Notes: a model not told the origin generated them from the sequence alone. DNA of 64,000 bases from Firmicutes bacterium UBA7523 (GCA_002479415.1 DLMZ01000047.1:2984-66983), one strand, 5' to 3'; positions 1 to 10,244 are shown, numbered from the stretch's first letter. Numbers and translations: made by a program.

Positions 1-1
1 A

Positions 2-307
2 CCGAGAACAGGAGGCCTGTTTTTCATGGCGCCTAACGCTGACCCTTATGACGGGAAACTGACGGCGGTTTTAGGGTACAAAAAGACAGCTTTTAGTATG
101 TTGCGCGTTTTACCAAAGACCATGTCTCCTGAAGGCGCATTTATTCATACTGAAGGCATTCAAGAAATTCATGCAACGCGTATAAAAATCCGTCTTGTAA
201 CTCCTTGCCCTGCTCACTGTGACGGTGAATTGTTTTCAAAGGAAATCGATTCTATTGAATACTCAGTTTTGCCGGGCAGGTTAAACGTGTTGGTTCCGGA
301 GCTATAA
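2..307 (+). CDS. Lipid/diacylglycerol kinase family protein, C-terminal part (5' end outside window)
   Basis: Frame is open from the window edge. ..GGLFFMAPNADPYDGKL.. resembles the GGG-x-AP-x-A-xxx-DG-x-L C-terminal signature of YegS/BmrU-type lipid kinases. Confidence 0.55.
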   Translation, partial: PRTGGLFFMAPNADPYDGKLTAVLGYKKTAFSMLRVLPKTMSPEGAFIHTEGIQEIHATRIKIRLVTPCPAHCDGELFSKEIDSIEYSVLPGRLNVLVPEL

Positions 308-362
308 AAAATAGCAGGCAGGGAGAACGTTTCTCTGCCGCTATAAAAACGGGAGGGATACG

Positions 363-1424
363 ATGAATGTTTGGGACTGCCTGGGGCAGGATGCGGAGTA
401 TTTGTTGGGGCACACTTGCGGAACTGTGCCTAAGGAGGATCTTCATCTTCCGGGGCCAGATTTTGTGGACAGAGTGTTTACGGACTCAGACAGGCCTGTG
501 CCTGTGCTAAGAAGTCTGGAGCAGTTTTTCAGGAACGGCAGACTCTCAGGAACAGGCTATTTGTCTATTCTGCCTGTGGATCAAGGGATTGAACATTCCG
601 GCGGCGCTTCTTTTGCTACTAATCCTGCTTACTTTGCTCCTGAGAATATTGTTAGATTGGCAATTGAAGGAGGCTGCAATGGAGTTGCTTCCACATTAGG
701 TGTATTAGGGGCAGTAGCTAGAAAGTATGCCCACAAGATACCTTTTATTGTGAAGCTTAATCATAACGAGCTTCTTACATACCCGAATGCCTATGATCAA
801 GTGATGTTTGCCAATGTTAAACAGGCTCGAGATATGGGGGCTGTAGCTGTCGGCGCTACTATTTACTTTGGCTCCCCAGAATCTCGTCGGCAAATAATAG
901 AAGTATCAGAAGCCTTTCGCATTGCGCATGATTTGGGGATGTTTACAATACTCTGGTGCTACCTTAGGAACTCTACGTTCAAAGTCGACGGGATAGATTA
1001 CCATGCAGCGGCAGATTTGACAGGGCAGGCTAACCATCTTGGCGTCACGATTAAGGCAGATATCATTAAGCAAAAGCTTCCCGAGACAAATGGCGGGTAT
1101 CCTGCAGTCAGCAGTTTAGGCAAAGAATATGGCAAGACAAGTCAAAAGGTATACGATGAACTGACAAGCGCGCATCCCATAGATTTAACTCGCTATCAGG
1201 TCGTAAACTGCTATATGGGCAGAGCCGGGCTGATAAATTCAGGAGGGGCTTCCGGAAAAAATGATATGGCAGAAGCGGTAAGAACTGCGGTAATTAACAA
1301 GCGTGCCGGAGGCATGGGGTTAATATCCGGGAGAAAAGCTTTTCAACGCCCAATGGTTGAGGGAGTGAAGCTTTTAAACGCCATTCAAGACGTTTATCTT
1401 GACAGTGAAATTACGATTGCGTAA
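363..1424 (+). CDS. fbaB: Class I fructose-bisphosphate aldolase (FbaB/DhnA family)
   Basis: 353 aa. Long stretches match my memory of E. coli FbaB ([81 protein letters not shown]). RBS GGGAGG lies upstream. Confidence 0.9.
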   Translation: MNVWDCLGQDAEYLLGHTCGTVPKEDLHLPGPDFVDRVFTDSDRPVPVLRSLEQFFRNGRLSGTGYLSILPVDQGIEHSGGASFATNPAYFAPENIVRLAIEGGCNGVASTLGVLGAVARKYAHKIPFIVKLNHNELLTYPNAYDQVMFANVKQARDMGAVAVGATIYFGSPESRRQIIEVSEAFRIAHDLGMFTILWCYLRNSTFKVDGIDYHAAADLTGQANHLGVTIKADIIKQKLPETNGGYPAVSSLGKEYGKTSQKVYDELTSAHPIDLTRYQVVNCYMGRAGLINSGGASGKNDMAEAVRTAVINKRAGGMGLISGRKAFQRPMVEGVKLLNAIQDVYLDSEITIA

Positions 1425-1449
1425 TTCTTGTATTAGCAAAGGCAACGAC

Positions 1450-1485
1450 AATTGTCAACCAATAGGCAATGATTGGTTGACAATT
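1450..1485 (+). promoter_or_regulatory. Candidate BirA operator (also a 14-bp stem hairpin after fbaB)
   Basis: Perfect inverted repeat AATTGTCAACCAAT..ATTGGTTGACAATT. The core TTGTCAACC-N14-GGTTGACAA fits the TGT.AACC-N14-GGTT.ACA biotin-repressor box and lies directly upstream of bioY. Confidence 0.55.
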
Positions 1486-1506
1486 ATTTTTTATTTGTGC
1501 TATAAT
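1477..1506 (+). promoter_or_regulatory. Sigma-A type promoter of bioY
   Basis: TTGACA (1477-1482), an 18-nt spacer, then TATAAT (1501-1506). The -35 box lies inside the right arm of the palindrome. Confidence 0.5.
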
Positions 1507-1534
1507 TCTGCTATATTGATTGAGGAGGCAGACA

Positions 1535-2086
1535 ATGAAGCCTAAATATTCCGTTCGAGATTTAATATTAATTTCACTATTTGCCGCATTAACAGCTGTA
1601 ATGGCTTATGTTTCAATCCCTTTGCCTTTTAGCCCAGTGCCGTTGAGCGGCCAAACATTTGCCGTTATGTTGGCCGGAGTTTTGCTTGGCGCTAGAAAAG
1701 GCGCTTTCAGTCAGATTATCTATCTATTGTTAGGCGTTGCAGGCATACCTGTTTTTGCCGGCGGTTATGCAGGGATAAGCCGTTTGGCCGGACCAACAGG
1801 AGGCTTTATTTGGGGCTTCGTTATTGGTGCGTATATTATAGGTAAGCTTGTGGAAGGAGAAAAGTGTCCTTCAATGGCTCGTTTGGTTGCAGCAGTTGTC
1901 GTTGGAGGCATAATTGCCGTTTATTTACCCGGAATTTTGCAGTTGGCTTACGTTACAGGGATGGCGGGGCGTCAAGCAGCTGTTGCCATGCTTCCTTATA
2001 TTCCCGGGGATTTGGTTAAAGTCGCGGCAGCGTCGGTTTTAGCCAAGCAAATGTTATCAATTCCTATTTTTAATGCCTCGTATTAG
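1535..2086 (+). CDS. bioY: Biotin transporter S-component BioY
   Basis: ATG at 1535 follows RBS GAGGAGG. Multi-pass membrane protein with BioY-like motifs (PFSPVPLSGQTFAV.L.G, GGF..GF). Confidence 0.85.
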   Translation: MKPKYSVRDLILISLFAALTAVMAYVSIPLPFSPVPLSGQTFAVMLAGVLLGARKGAFSQIIYLLLGVAGIPVFAGGYAGISRLAGPTGGFIWGFVIGAYIIGKLVEGEKCPSMARLVAAVVVGGIIAVYLPGILQLAYVTGMAGRQAAVAMLPYIPGDLVKVAAASVLAKQMLSIPIFNASY

Positions 2087-2221
2087 CGTGCAGCTAACTG
2101 CATAACATAGTAGGATAAACAGTTTCTCACAAGTAGGGCGGCAGTTACTTTAACTGTCGTCTTTTGCAAATATTTTTTCTGGTTTTTTTGCATATTAAGT
2201 GTTATAATACAGTAAATTCAC

Positions 2222-2240
2222 TAAATATTCAGAATATTTA
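2222..2240 (+). promoter_or_regulatory. 19-bp perfect palindrome, candidate MarR autoregulatory operator
   Basis: TAAATATTC-A-GAATATTTA lies between an extended -10 (TGTTATAAT, 2200-2208) and the RBS of the MarR gene. Confidence 0.35.
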
Positions 2241-2262
2241 TATAGCAGTAAGGAGGATTCTG

Positions 2263-2760
2263 ATGGAGAGCTTTAAAGAAACTGAAGTTTTCACCAAAGC
2301 ATTTCAAGAGATTTTTCCAAAATTGGTTCATTGCTTGGAAACAGAAGAAATGCGTGAACTAACAGGCCTTGGTATTACTCCGGGGCAAATTAACGCGCTG
2401 CTAATTCTTTATACGCATGATGATTTAACAATGGGCGAACTTTGCGCCGAATTGTTCTTAGCAGAAAGTGCAGCCACACGTTTAGTAGACCGTATGGTAA
2501 AAATGAACCTAATCCAGCGCAGAGGAGACGAAAAAGACCGCCGAATCGTACGCGTGTACCTGACATCTTACGGCAGACAACTGGCCAGCTTTGTGTTTGA
2601 GCGCAGGTCTCTGCGATTTCAAAAGCTGGCCGACCAGCTTACTCCGGAAGAAAGGAAAATGCTTGTTTTGTCGGTCAAAGCCGTACTGCGAGTAATAGGT
2701 AGTTCTGAGACACAAAGACAGTGTTTCCATGCTGTTGAAGATAAAGGAAAAAGCCTTTAG
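2263..2760 (+). CDS. MarR family transcriptional regulator
   Basis: ATG at 2263 follows AGGAGG. Winged-helix pattern LT..Q...L..L......T..EL......S.AT.L.DR....L..R......DRR. Confidence 0.8.
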   Translation: MESFKETEVFTKAFQEIFPKLVHCLETEEMRELTGLGITPGQINALLILYTHDDLTMGELCAELFLAESAATRLVDRMVKMNLIQRRGDEKDRRIVRVYLTSYGRQLASFVFERRSLRFQKLADQLTPEERKMLVLSVKAVLRVIGSSETQRQCFHAVEDKGKSL

Positions 2761-2787
2761 GGAGTTACTAGGTATTTCTGCTAAGCA

Positions 2788-3438
2788 TTAAAAACAACTT
2801 GCTGCTATTTTCTTCCGTATTTCCTCTACTTGTGAAATAATATTTTCATGTCCTACCAATGCGGAAATCATTGCCGAACAGGGGATGCCGCGCCGTCGCA
2901 CCTCATTAATATTTCCGTCATTAACCCCACCAATTGCTACCAGCGGGATACTATAATTCTTTGCTATATATTCAACTAGATCCAAACTCACAAGCTCTCC
3001 GGCGTCCGATTTAGTACCGGTTGGAAAAACTGGACCAATACCTACATAATCTGCTCCGCGGGCGATAGCATCTTCTACTTCTGCAGGTCTAGCAGCAGAT
3101 ACACCAATAACCATCTCTTGTCCAACGAGTTTGCGAACCTGCTCCGCGGGCAAATCGTCTTGCCCCACATGAACGCCGCCTGCCTTACTAAGTATGGCAA
3201 TATCCACATCATCATTTACAATAAACAAAACACCGGCGGGCTTACACATCTCCCGTATAGCTTTGCATTCGTCCAGCTTTTCTTTTTTTGGCTTATCTTT
3301 TTCCCGGTATTGAATAATTTTAATCCCGGCGTTAACCATTTGACGTACCACTTCAAGGTTGTCTCCTGCGGCGGATAGCGCCTCGCAGGTTATACCATAT
3401 ATGTCTGTTTGAAAAACTTCATTGATTTTATTTCTCAT
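2788..3438 (-). CDS. thiE: Thiamine-phosphate synthase
   Basis: Start moved to the internal ATG (MRNKINEV..) with RBS GAGGAGG. ThiE motifs: LYGIT, IQ.REK, .INDDVD.A, GVH.GQDD, IG.S, ADY.G.GP.F.T.TK, VAIGG. Confidence 0.85.
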   Translation of the reverse strand: MRNKINEVFQTDIYGITCEALSAAGDNLEVVRQMVNAGIKIIQYREKDKPKKEKLDECKAIREMCKPAGVLFIVNDDVDIAILSKAGGVHVGQDDLPAEQVRKLVGQEMVIGVSAARPAEVEDAIARGADYVGIGPVFPTGTKSDAGELVSLDLVEYIAKNYSIPLVAIGGVNDGNINEVRRRGIPCSAMISALVGHENIISQVEEIRKKIAASCF

Positions 3439-3673
3439 AATACTTGCCTCCTCTGCTTCTGAATACATTATATTCTCAAAACACCTGCCAGTAAAGACCT
3501 GTTGAAAATACAAAAATGAGGCTGCAGTTTTGCAGCTATATACTGGCCGTAACGCTTGAAACATTGATTTTCAAATGTTTCAGGTTTTTTTATTTTAATC
3601 TTAAAATTTAATATACTTTTGCGGAAACTATAGCAGCCTTTTGGTATAATAATGACGACAGGAGGAACTGCTG

Positions 3674-4282
3674 ATGATTATTGGGCTGACCGGTGGAATT
3701 GCCACAGGTAAATCTAGCGTGGCAGAGTTGTTTGAAGAATTAGGGGCTGTCCGTGTTGATACAGATTGTTTGGCTAGGAAAGCAGTAGAGCCTGGGAAAC
3801 CTGCATGGCAAAAGATTATTTGTGAATTTGGTCGGGAGATACTTGATGACGAACAGCGTATAGACAGAAAAGCCCTTGCAGCCATAGTTTTTAATGATAA
3901 CGAAAAGCTGAAAAGGTTAAATGGAATTATTCACCCCGTTGTCCGGGCTCTTCTGCGCGAGCAGATTGCCGAAGCCGTGGGGCAGGGGGCAAAAGTGATT
4001 GTTGTGGAAGTCCCTCTGTTATTTGAAGCAGGGTTTGAGAATGAAGTAGATAAAATAATAACAGTTTCAGTAAATGAGCAGATACAGTTTGCCAGATTGA
4101 TGCAAAGAAGCAGTATTACCGAAGCTGAAGCGGTAAAAAGGATAGAATCTCAAATGCCGCAAAACGAAAAGCTGGAAAGGGCCGATATGGTTATAGATAA
4201 TAGTGGCACATGGGAGAAGACTAAGGAGCAGATAATTGACTTATGGCAAGCGATTCAACAGGAGTATCAAAATGAAATTTAG
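3674..4282 (+). CDS. coaE: Dephospho-CoA kinase
   Basis: MIIGLTGGIATGKS P-loop at the N-terminus, IIHP.V, VPLLFE. Confidence 0.9.
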   Translation: MIIGLTGGIATGKSSVAELFEELGAVRVDTDCLARKAVEPGKPAWQKIICEFGREILDDEQRIDRKALAAIVFNDNEKLKRLNGIIHPVVRALLREQIAEAVGQGAKVIVVEVPLLFEAGFENEVDKIITVSVNEQIQFARLMQRSSITEAEAVKRIESQMPQNEKLERADMVIDNSGTWEKTKEQIIDLWQAIQQEYQNEI

Positions 4283-4838
4283 TGCAAATATTTCTCGTGC
4301 AATAATAATTGTCGGATTGCTTGGAGTTTTATTTGTTGTGCTTTGCCAAATGCCGCAGTTCGGCAGAATTTATTATCCTTATCGTTATCGACAGATAGTT
4401 GAAGATAATGCGGCCGCTTACGGTGTTGATCCTCTTTTGGTAGCCGCAGTGATTCGCGTGGAAAGCAAGTTTCATCCAGATGCAATTTCCCATAAAGGAG
4501 CAAAAGGATTAATGCAAATTATGCCGGCTACGGCAGAATGGATTGCGCCTCAGGCCGGCGTAATGGATTTTCAGGAAGAGTTGCTTATGGATCCGGAGAT
4601 AAATATTCGTTTAGGCACATGGTACCTTGCCAGCTTAGCAAAAGAGTTTAACGGCAGAACTGTTGTGGTTATTGCCGCATACAATGGCGGCAGAGGACAA
4701 GTTGGACGCTGGCTTGAGGAAGGCGTATGGAACGGAAGCTATGACGAAGTAGCAAATATTCCTTTTCCTGAAACTCGCAACTTTGTATTAAAAGTAAAAA
4801 ACGCTTATTGTCAATATCAAAAGTTGTATAAAAACTAA
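4272..4838 (+). CDS. Membrane-anchored lytic transglycosylase (SLT domain)
   Basis: ATG at 4272 follows AGGAG and overlaps the coaE stop. N-terminal TM segment. ES.F.P.A.S..GA.GLMQIMP and AYNGG motifs. Confidence 0.8.
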   Translation: MKFSANISRAIIIVGLLGVLFVVLCQMPQFGRIYYPYRYRQIVEDNAAAYGVDPLLVAAVIRVESKFHPDAISHKGAKGLMQIMPATAEWIAPQAGVMDFQEELLMDPEINIRLGTWYLASLAKEFNGRTVVVIAAYNGGRGQVGRWLEEGVWNGSYDEVANIPFPETRNFVLKVKNAYCQYQKLYKN

Positions 4839-4913
4839 GATTGTCCGGCTAACAATTTGGTGGTAGAATATAAAGGTGTTTTGATTAAGGTGCGCTTAAA
4901 GGAGGAGTAATGC

Positions 4914-5669
4914 ATGGCTGGTCATTCAAAATGGGCTAACATTAAACATAGAAAAGCGCGAGTAGATGCGGTCAAGGGGAAAATATTTACTAAAATATCT
5001 AAGGAATTAATGGCGGCTGCTCGTCAGGGCGGTGGTAATGCGGACAGCAATTTTCGTCTGAGGCTGGCATTGCAGAAAGCACGAAGTGTTAATATGCCCA
5101 ATGATAACATTCAGCGTGCCATTCAAAAGGGCACCGGAGATTTAGAAGGCGTTAATTTTGAAGAGATTGTTTACGAGGGATATGGTCCCGCAGGCACAGC
5201 AATTATGTTGGATATTCTTACAGATAACCGCAATCGCACAGTAGGGGAAATACGTCATATATTTTCCAGGAGAAACGGTAGTTTGGGAGAGAGTAATTGT
5301 GTTGCTTGGATGTTCAAAAGGCGCGGGTATTTGGCTGTGATAATTGAAGGGCAGGATGAGGATGAGCTTATGATGATGGCACTGGATGCTGGAGCGATAG
5401 ATTTTTCAGCCGGAGATGGCGCCTATGAAATATACACTAATCCTGAGGATTTCCAAGCAGTGAAGGAAAAACTGGAAAGCCAGAGGGTAGTCTTCAGTGA
5501 GGCAGAAATAAGCTTAGTACCGGAAAACACTGTAGAGGTTGACAGCTTGGAAAGCGCTAAAAAAGCATTGGGTTTAATTGAGGCCCTGGAAGACCACGAC
5601 GATGTGCAAAATGTTTACAGCAACCTGGATGTTCCTCCCCACATACTGGAAAAGCTAGAGAACGAATAG
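4914..5669 (+). CDS. yebC: YebC/PmpR family DNA-binding regulator
   Basis: MAGHSKWANIKHRK.. N-terminus and overall YebC/TACO1 pattern. Confidence 0.9.
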   Translation: MAGHSKWANIKHRKARVDAVKGKIFTKISKELMAAARQGGGNADSNFRLRLALQKARSVNMPNDNIQRAIQKGTGDLEGVNFEEIVYEGYGPAGTAIMLDILTDNRNRTVGEIRHIFSRRNGSLGESNCVAWMFKRRGYLAVIIEGQDEDELMMMALDAGAIDFSAGDGAYEIYTNPEDFQAVKEKLESQRVVFSEAEISLVPENTVEVDSLESAKKALGLIEALEDHDDVQNVYSNLDVPPHILEKLENE

Positions 5670-5732
5670 ACAGTATAAACACCTTCCTCACGGGAATTGT
5701 ATTAACAAGGCCGTGTAAGGGAGGTTTTATAT

Positions 5733-6137
5733 ATGCGCAGAAGACGTAAAAGAAAAAGAAAGGTAATTACCGTCATAATAGCTTTTTCTCTTTTAGCTGC
5801 AGTAACTTTGGCTGCCGTACGTTATGGAAATGGCGAAGATATTCCCTTGCAGCCTCCGGCCGTGCAGCAGGAAATTATGGGAGATATTGTTGAGAATGTC
5901 TTGCCTCCCGTTGTAGGGCAGAGCGCACGAGAAGAGGAGGAGAGCATTTTTCAGCATGGTTACCTAAGTGTTTGTGAAGATAGAATAGCAGTATTTTGGG
6001 GAATCCCGCCGGATGGGATATTGCAGTATGTTACGGAGTTTGAAGTCAGAGACGATCTAAGAGATGAATTGGAAAAGGGTGTATTGTTTACCACAACAGA
6101 GGAGCTTATGCAGCTGCTGGAGAGTTATACCAGCTGA
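5733..6137 (+). CDS. Hypothetical membrane-anchored protein
   Basis: Basic N-terminus (RRRRKRKRK) plus one TM helix. RBS GGGAGG. No recognisable family. Confidence 0.5.
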   Translation: MRRRRKRKRKVITVIIAFSLLAAVTLAAVRYGNGEDIPLQPPAVQQEIMGDIVENVLPPVVGQSAREEEESIFQHGYLSVCEDRIAVFWGIPPDGILQYVTEFEVRDDLRDELEKGVLFTTTEELMQLLESYTS

Positions 6138-6182
6138 ATGATGTCTCAGGAAACGGGCATACTACATTTTTGAGGTGATAAA

Positions 6183-6392
6183 ATGAAATGTCCTATTTGC
6201 AACAGTATTGATACAGGCAAGGTTGGAACCGTCCAATACTATTGCTGGAACTGTTTTGTGGAATTCAATATGAGGGGTCCTAACCAATTTACAGCGTATT
6301 ATGTGGACGAAGAGGGTGCTTTAGTTTCTTTGAGTGAAGTGGCCGAAGCAAAAGAAGGAGAAATGCCGGTTTGGCTGAATGAGGGAAATTAG
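6183..6392 (+). CDS. Small zinc-ribbon protein
   Basis: CPICNS..17 aa..CWNC pattern. RBS GAGGTGA. Confidence 0.5.
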   Translation: MKCPICNSIDTGKVGTVQYYCWNCFVEFNMRGPNQFTAYYVDEEGALVSLSEVAEAKEGEMPVWLNEGN

Positions 6393-7497
6393 CCCCGCAT
6401 ATAATAAACAGGACGAATGTGGGGTGAGATTCTTGGAATACAACAAAGAAGCTAAAAGTGCTTACTTACGTTATGGGTTGTTGGTGTTAGCAGTAATGCT
6501 GATAATCTATTCAATTTACTGGCTTTTTGTTTCCGGTACAAAATTTCTAATAGCTATGATTCCTTTTTTTCTCGCAATAGTTATTGCTTATATCTTGAAT
6601 CCGTTGGTAGAATTCCTGGAAAGACGCCGAATGTCGCGCTCCCTGGGGATTTTACTTATTTATGCTGTATTTTTTTCTTTTCTTTTTATTGTTGGCGCCA
6701 CTACTATTCCAAAGCTTATATTTGAAATGCAGAAGCTAGGAGAGATGATTCCAGAATATACAGCAAGTTTCCAGGCGTTTATCAGCCATCTGCAGTCTGA
6801 TTATCAGCGGTTTAATCTGCCAGAAAGTGTTCGTGCTGTTTTAGATCAAAATATAATTGATTTACAGGATAATCTGCAAGATATCCTTGAAAAGTTAACG
6901 GCTACAGTTTTAAACTTATTTTCTCATTTGTTTACAATTCTCATAACTCCTTTGCTTGTTTATTACATTTTGAGGGATATTGACAGTTTAAAGTCAGCTT
7001 TCGTGCTAATCTTTCCCAGGCGTTGCCGTAATTGGGTGGTTCAAGTAGGTCGAGAAATGGATCATACCCTAGGAGCTTATTTTCGCGGTATGCTATTTAT
7101 ATGTTTTGTTGTTGGGCTGCTGACTTACCTAGGGCTGCTGCTTCTTGGTTTGGAGTTTGCACTTATACTAGGCATAATCTCTGGATTAACAAATATCATT
7201 CCGTACTTCGGCCCGATAATTGGCGCTGTTCCGGCTGTACTCATTGCTTTATTGACTTCGCCAAGCTTAGTTTTAAGAGTTATTGTAGTCCTAGTAGTTG
7301 TGCAGCAGCTAGAAAGCCAAGTAGTTGCGCCACAGGTATTGGGCCGCAGTTTGGGTCTTCACCCCCTGATTGTTATTTTTGTATTAATTTTGGGAGGAAG
7401 GCTATTTGGACTGGCTGGCCTTATCTTCGCCGTTCCTATTGCTGCAGTGCTGCGGATTTTCTTGAAGCACGCCTTAGCTCTTGCCGCAGGCCGATAG
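6379..7497 (+). CDS. AI-2E family transporter (PerM-like permease); start uncertain
   Basis: Multi-pass membrane protein with the typical C-terminal IIPY.GP.IG..PA..... and Q..E....P...G motifs. Confidence 0.8.
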   Translation: MREISPAYNKQDECGVRFLEYNKEAKSAYLRYGLLVLAVMLIIYSIYWLFVSGTKFLIAMIPFFLAIVIAYILNPLVEFLERRRMSRSLGILLIYAVFFSFLFIVGATTIPKLIFEMQKLGEMIPEYTASFQAFISHLQSDYQRFNLPESVRAVLDQNIIDLQDNLQDILEKLTATVLNLFSHLFTILITPLLVYYILRDIDSLKSAFVLIFPRRCRNWVVQVGREMDHTLGAYFRGMLFICFVVGLLTYLGLLLLGLEFALILGIISGLTNIIPYFGPIIGAVPAVLIALLTSPSLVLRVIVVLVVVQQLESQVVAPQVLGRSLGLHPLIVIFVLILGGRLFGLAGLIFAVPIAAVLRIFLKHALALAAGR

Positions 7498-7566
7498 CAC
7501 ATTGATTGACACACTTCCTTTTCATCTATATAATTGATTTTGAAATGCTTTCAGGGAGGTTTTGGC

Positions 7567-10185
7567 ATGAAGTCTAAAGATATCCGGGCTACATTTCTAG
7601 AGTACTTTAATAAACAGGATCATCTTGTATTACCCAGTTTTTCACTCATTCCTCAAAATGACCCTACCTTGCTTTTAGTTGGGGCCGGCATGGCTCCGTT
7701 AAAGCCATATTTCACCGGTGAAAAAGTGCCTCCGCACCCGAGGATAGCTACCTGTCAGAAGTGTGTGCGCACCCCGGATATAGAGCGTGTAGGCCGAACA
7801 TCACGGCATGCCACCTTTTTTGAAATGCTGGGGAATTTCTCCTTCGGAGATTATTTCAAGGAAGAAGCAATTGCTTGGGCTTGGGAATTGGTAACTAAAG
7901 GGTATAAGCTCCCAGAGGATAGGCTTTATGTCAGTGTCTACCAGGATGATGACGAAGCTTTTGAAATCTGGAACAAAAAAATTGGGTTGCCACCTGAAAA
8001 GATTTTTCGTTTGGGTAAGGAAGATAATTTCTGGGAGATAGGACAAGGTCCTTGCGGCCCGTGTTCAGAAATTTATTATGACTTAGGTTCGGAGCGCGGC
8101 TGCGGTCGTCCTAATTGTGAAGTAGGCTGTGACTGCGATCGATTTATGGAAGTCTGGAACCTGGTCTTTACTCAGTTTAACTGTATGGAAGACGGCAGTT
8201 ATCAGCCGTTAGCTAAAAAGAATATTGATACTGGCGCCGGCTTGGAGCGACTGGCAGTTGTGCTACAGGGAGTAAACAATCTATTTGAAATTGACACCGT
8301 GCGTCCTTTACTCGATTATTTTAGCGGTGTCACAGGCGTTAAATACGGCAGCGATGACTCTAAGGATGTCTCTTTGCGGATTATTACCGAGCATTTGCGT
8401 GGAATTACCTTTATGATTGGAGACGGCATTTTGCCCTGCAATGAAGGGCGGGGTTATGTGCTGCGGCGGTTGCTGCGTCGAGCCGTCCGCCACGGTAAGC
8501 TGCTTGGTGTGGCAGAGCCTTTTTTGTATAAAGCTGTAGATACAGTTGTCAGAGAATATGGAGAATTCTACCAGGAACTGGCTCAGGGTCAGGAGTATAT
8601 TGAAAAAGTGGTTCGCTTGGAAGAAGAACGCTTTCATGAAACTCTGGAACAGGGTATGAAGATATTAAGTGAGCAGATGAGCGAGAGTAAAAATGGAGTT
8701 TTCCCCGGGGACGCTGCGTTTAAGCTTTATGATACCTATGGTTTTCCTGTTGATTTAACTAAAGAAATACTAGCCGAGCATGAACTGGTCTTAGATGAGC
8801 AGGGTTTTAAGGACGCTTTAGAAGCACAGCGGGAGCGGGGCCGCAGCGCCCGTGGTGCTGCTGTTTACGGTAAGGAAGAAAGCATGTGGCATGATTTGGA
8901 AGGTGTAAACACAGAATTTGTTGGCTACGATAAGCTGGATGCAGAATCATCAATCATTGCTCTCTTTAAAGATGGCGAAAAGGTCGCTTCAGTAAGCGAA
9001 GGAGACAATGTAGATATTGTGCTTGATGCAACTCCCTTTTACGGAGAAAAGGGGGGACAAGCAGGTGACGCCGGTGTAATCAAGACGCCGGGAGGCTCTG
9101 TCGTTGTAAATGACACAATAATGACGCCACACGACCAAGTAATTCATCGCGGCAAGGTTGAATACGGCATAATTTCTGAGGGAGATGCTGCTGCAGCAGT
9201 TGTGGGTTCTGCTACACGAAGCGCCGTTTGCCGAAACCATACTGCAACCCATCTATTGCATCGTGCTTTGAGGGAAGTGCTGGGAGAGCATGTAAAGCAG
9301 GCCGGTTCTCTTGTTACCGCAGAAAGAATGCGTTTTGATTTTACCCATTTGAGTGCAGTTTCTCCGGAACAGTTGGCAGAAGTGGAAAAGCGGGTAAATG
9401 AAAAAATATGGGAAAATATACCTGTAAGTATCAGGCTGACCAGCATAGATGAAGCTAAAGAAATTGGTGCAACTGCGCTTTTTGAAGAAAAATACGGTGA
9501 TTCAGTACGCGTTGTCAGTGTGGGTGACTACAGTACAGAATTATGCGGTGGCACTCATGTTGCCAGCGTTGGCGAAATAGGTTTGTTTAAAATTATTTCG
9601 GAATCAGGAATCGGCGCAGGCTTGCGTCGTATTGAAGCGCTGACGGGCAGCGTTGCTTACAGCTTTTTTGAACAAAGCAGAAAACTTCTTGATTCCGCTG
9701 CGGTGCATTTGAAGACTTCGGCCGAACTCCTGCCGGATAAGATTGCTGACTTCATCGGTGAGCATAAAGAGCTGCAAAGAGAGTTCCAGCGGTTGCAGCT
9801 TAAGCTGGCCGGCATGGAAGTGGACGGTTTGTTGGAGAAGGTTTCTAAGCAAAGCGGTATTTCCGTAATCAGCGCTCAGGTATCCGCTGGTAATATGGAA
9901 ACTTTGCGGGAGATGTCAGATCGCCTTAAAAACAAAATACAATCGGGCATAATAGTTCTTGGCGCCGTATCGGACGGCAAGGTGCTTCTCGTCACTGCAG
10001 TTACGCAGGATCTAGTAAAAAAGGGGTACCATGCAGGCAAACTAATCGGCGAAGTGGCTAAACTTACCGGCGGCGGTGGTGGCGGACGCCCAGATATGGC
10101 ACAGGCAGGCGGCAAAAATCCTGAAGATTTAGCCGGAGCACTGCAAAAAGTTGATAATTTAGTGGAAAAACAAGGCAATAACTAA
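7567..10185 (+). CDS. alaS: Alanine--tRNA ligase
   Basis: ATG at 7567 follows GGGAGG. Class II motifs, FFEMLGNFSFGDYFK, editing-domain HTATHLLH and CGGTH, C-terminal GGGGGRPDMAQAGG. Confidence 0.95.
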   Translation: MKSKDIRATFLEYFNKQDHLVLPSFSLIPQNDPTLLLVGAGMAPLKPYFTGEKVPPHPRIATCQKCVRTPDIERVGRTSRHATFFEMLGNFSFGDYFKEEAIAWAWELVTKGYKLPEDRLYVSVYQDDDEAFEIWNKKIGLPPEKIFRLGKEDNFWEIGQGPCGPCSEIYYDLGSERGCGRPNCEVGCDCDRFMEVWNLVFTQFNCMEDGSYQPLAKKNIDTGAGLERLAVVLQGVNNLFEIDTVRPLLDYFSGVTGVKYGSDDSKDVSLRIITEHLRGITFMIGDGILPCNEGRGYVLRRLLRRAVRHGKLLGVAEPFLYKAVDTVVREYGEFYQELAQGQEYIEKVVRLEEERFHETLEQGMKILSEQMSESKNGVFPGDAAFKLYDTYGFPVDLTKEILAEHELVLDEQGFKDALEAQRERGRSARGAAVYGKEESMWHDLEGVNTEFVGYDKLDAESSIIALFKDGEKVASVSEGDNVDIVLDATPFYGEKGGQAGDAGVIKTPGGSVVVNDTIMTPHDQVIHRGKVEYGIISEGDAAAAVVGSATRSAVCRNHTATHLLHRALREVLGEHVKQAGSLVTAERMRFDFTHLSAVSPEQLAEVEKRVNEKIWENIPVSIRLTSIDEAKEIGATALFEEKYGDSVRVVSVGDYSTELCGGTHVASVGEIGLFKIISESGIGAGLRRIEALTGSVAYSFFEQSRKLLDSAAVHLKTSAELLPDKIADFIGEHKELQREFQRLQLKLAGMEVDGLLEKVSKQSGISVISAQVSAGNMETLREMSDRLKNKIQSGIIVLGAVSDGKVLLVTAVTQDLVKKGYHAGKLIGEVAKLTGGGGGGRPDMAQAGGKNPEDLAGALQKVDNLVEKQGNN

Positions 10186-10244
10186 AAGGAAAACATGCTT
10201 AAAGGTAGAAGTAAGTAATAATAAACTATGCCGGGGGTGAATGT

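Noticed and set aside
3439-3620. Looked for a TPP riboswitch upstream of thiE (minus strand)
   Set aside because: No CTGAGA / ACCTGATCTGGATAATGCCAGCG-like core elements were visible on the relevant strand.
7032-7505. 157-aa alternative-frame ORF inside the AI-2E transporter gene
   Set aside because: The Cys/Arg/Ser-rich translation has no features. The overlapping frame encodes a coherent multi-pass permease.
7498-7566. Looked for a T-box leader upstream of alaS
   Set aside because: Only about 70 nt separate alaS from the preceding gene. That is too short for a T-box, and no specifier or T-box sequence was seen.
7801-10178. Seven antisense ORFs (81-109 aa) inside alaS
   Set aside because: alaS is unambiguous on the + strand. 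The antisense translations are low-complexity and lack RBSs.
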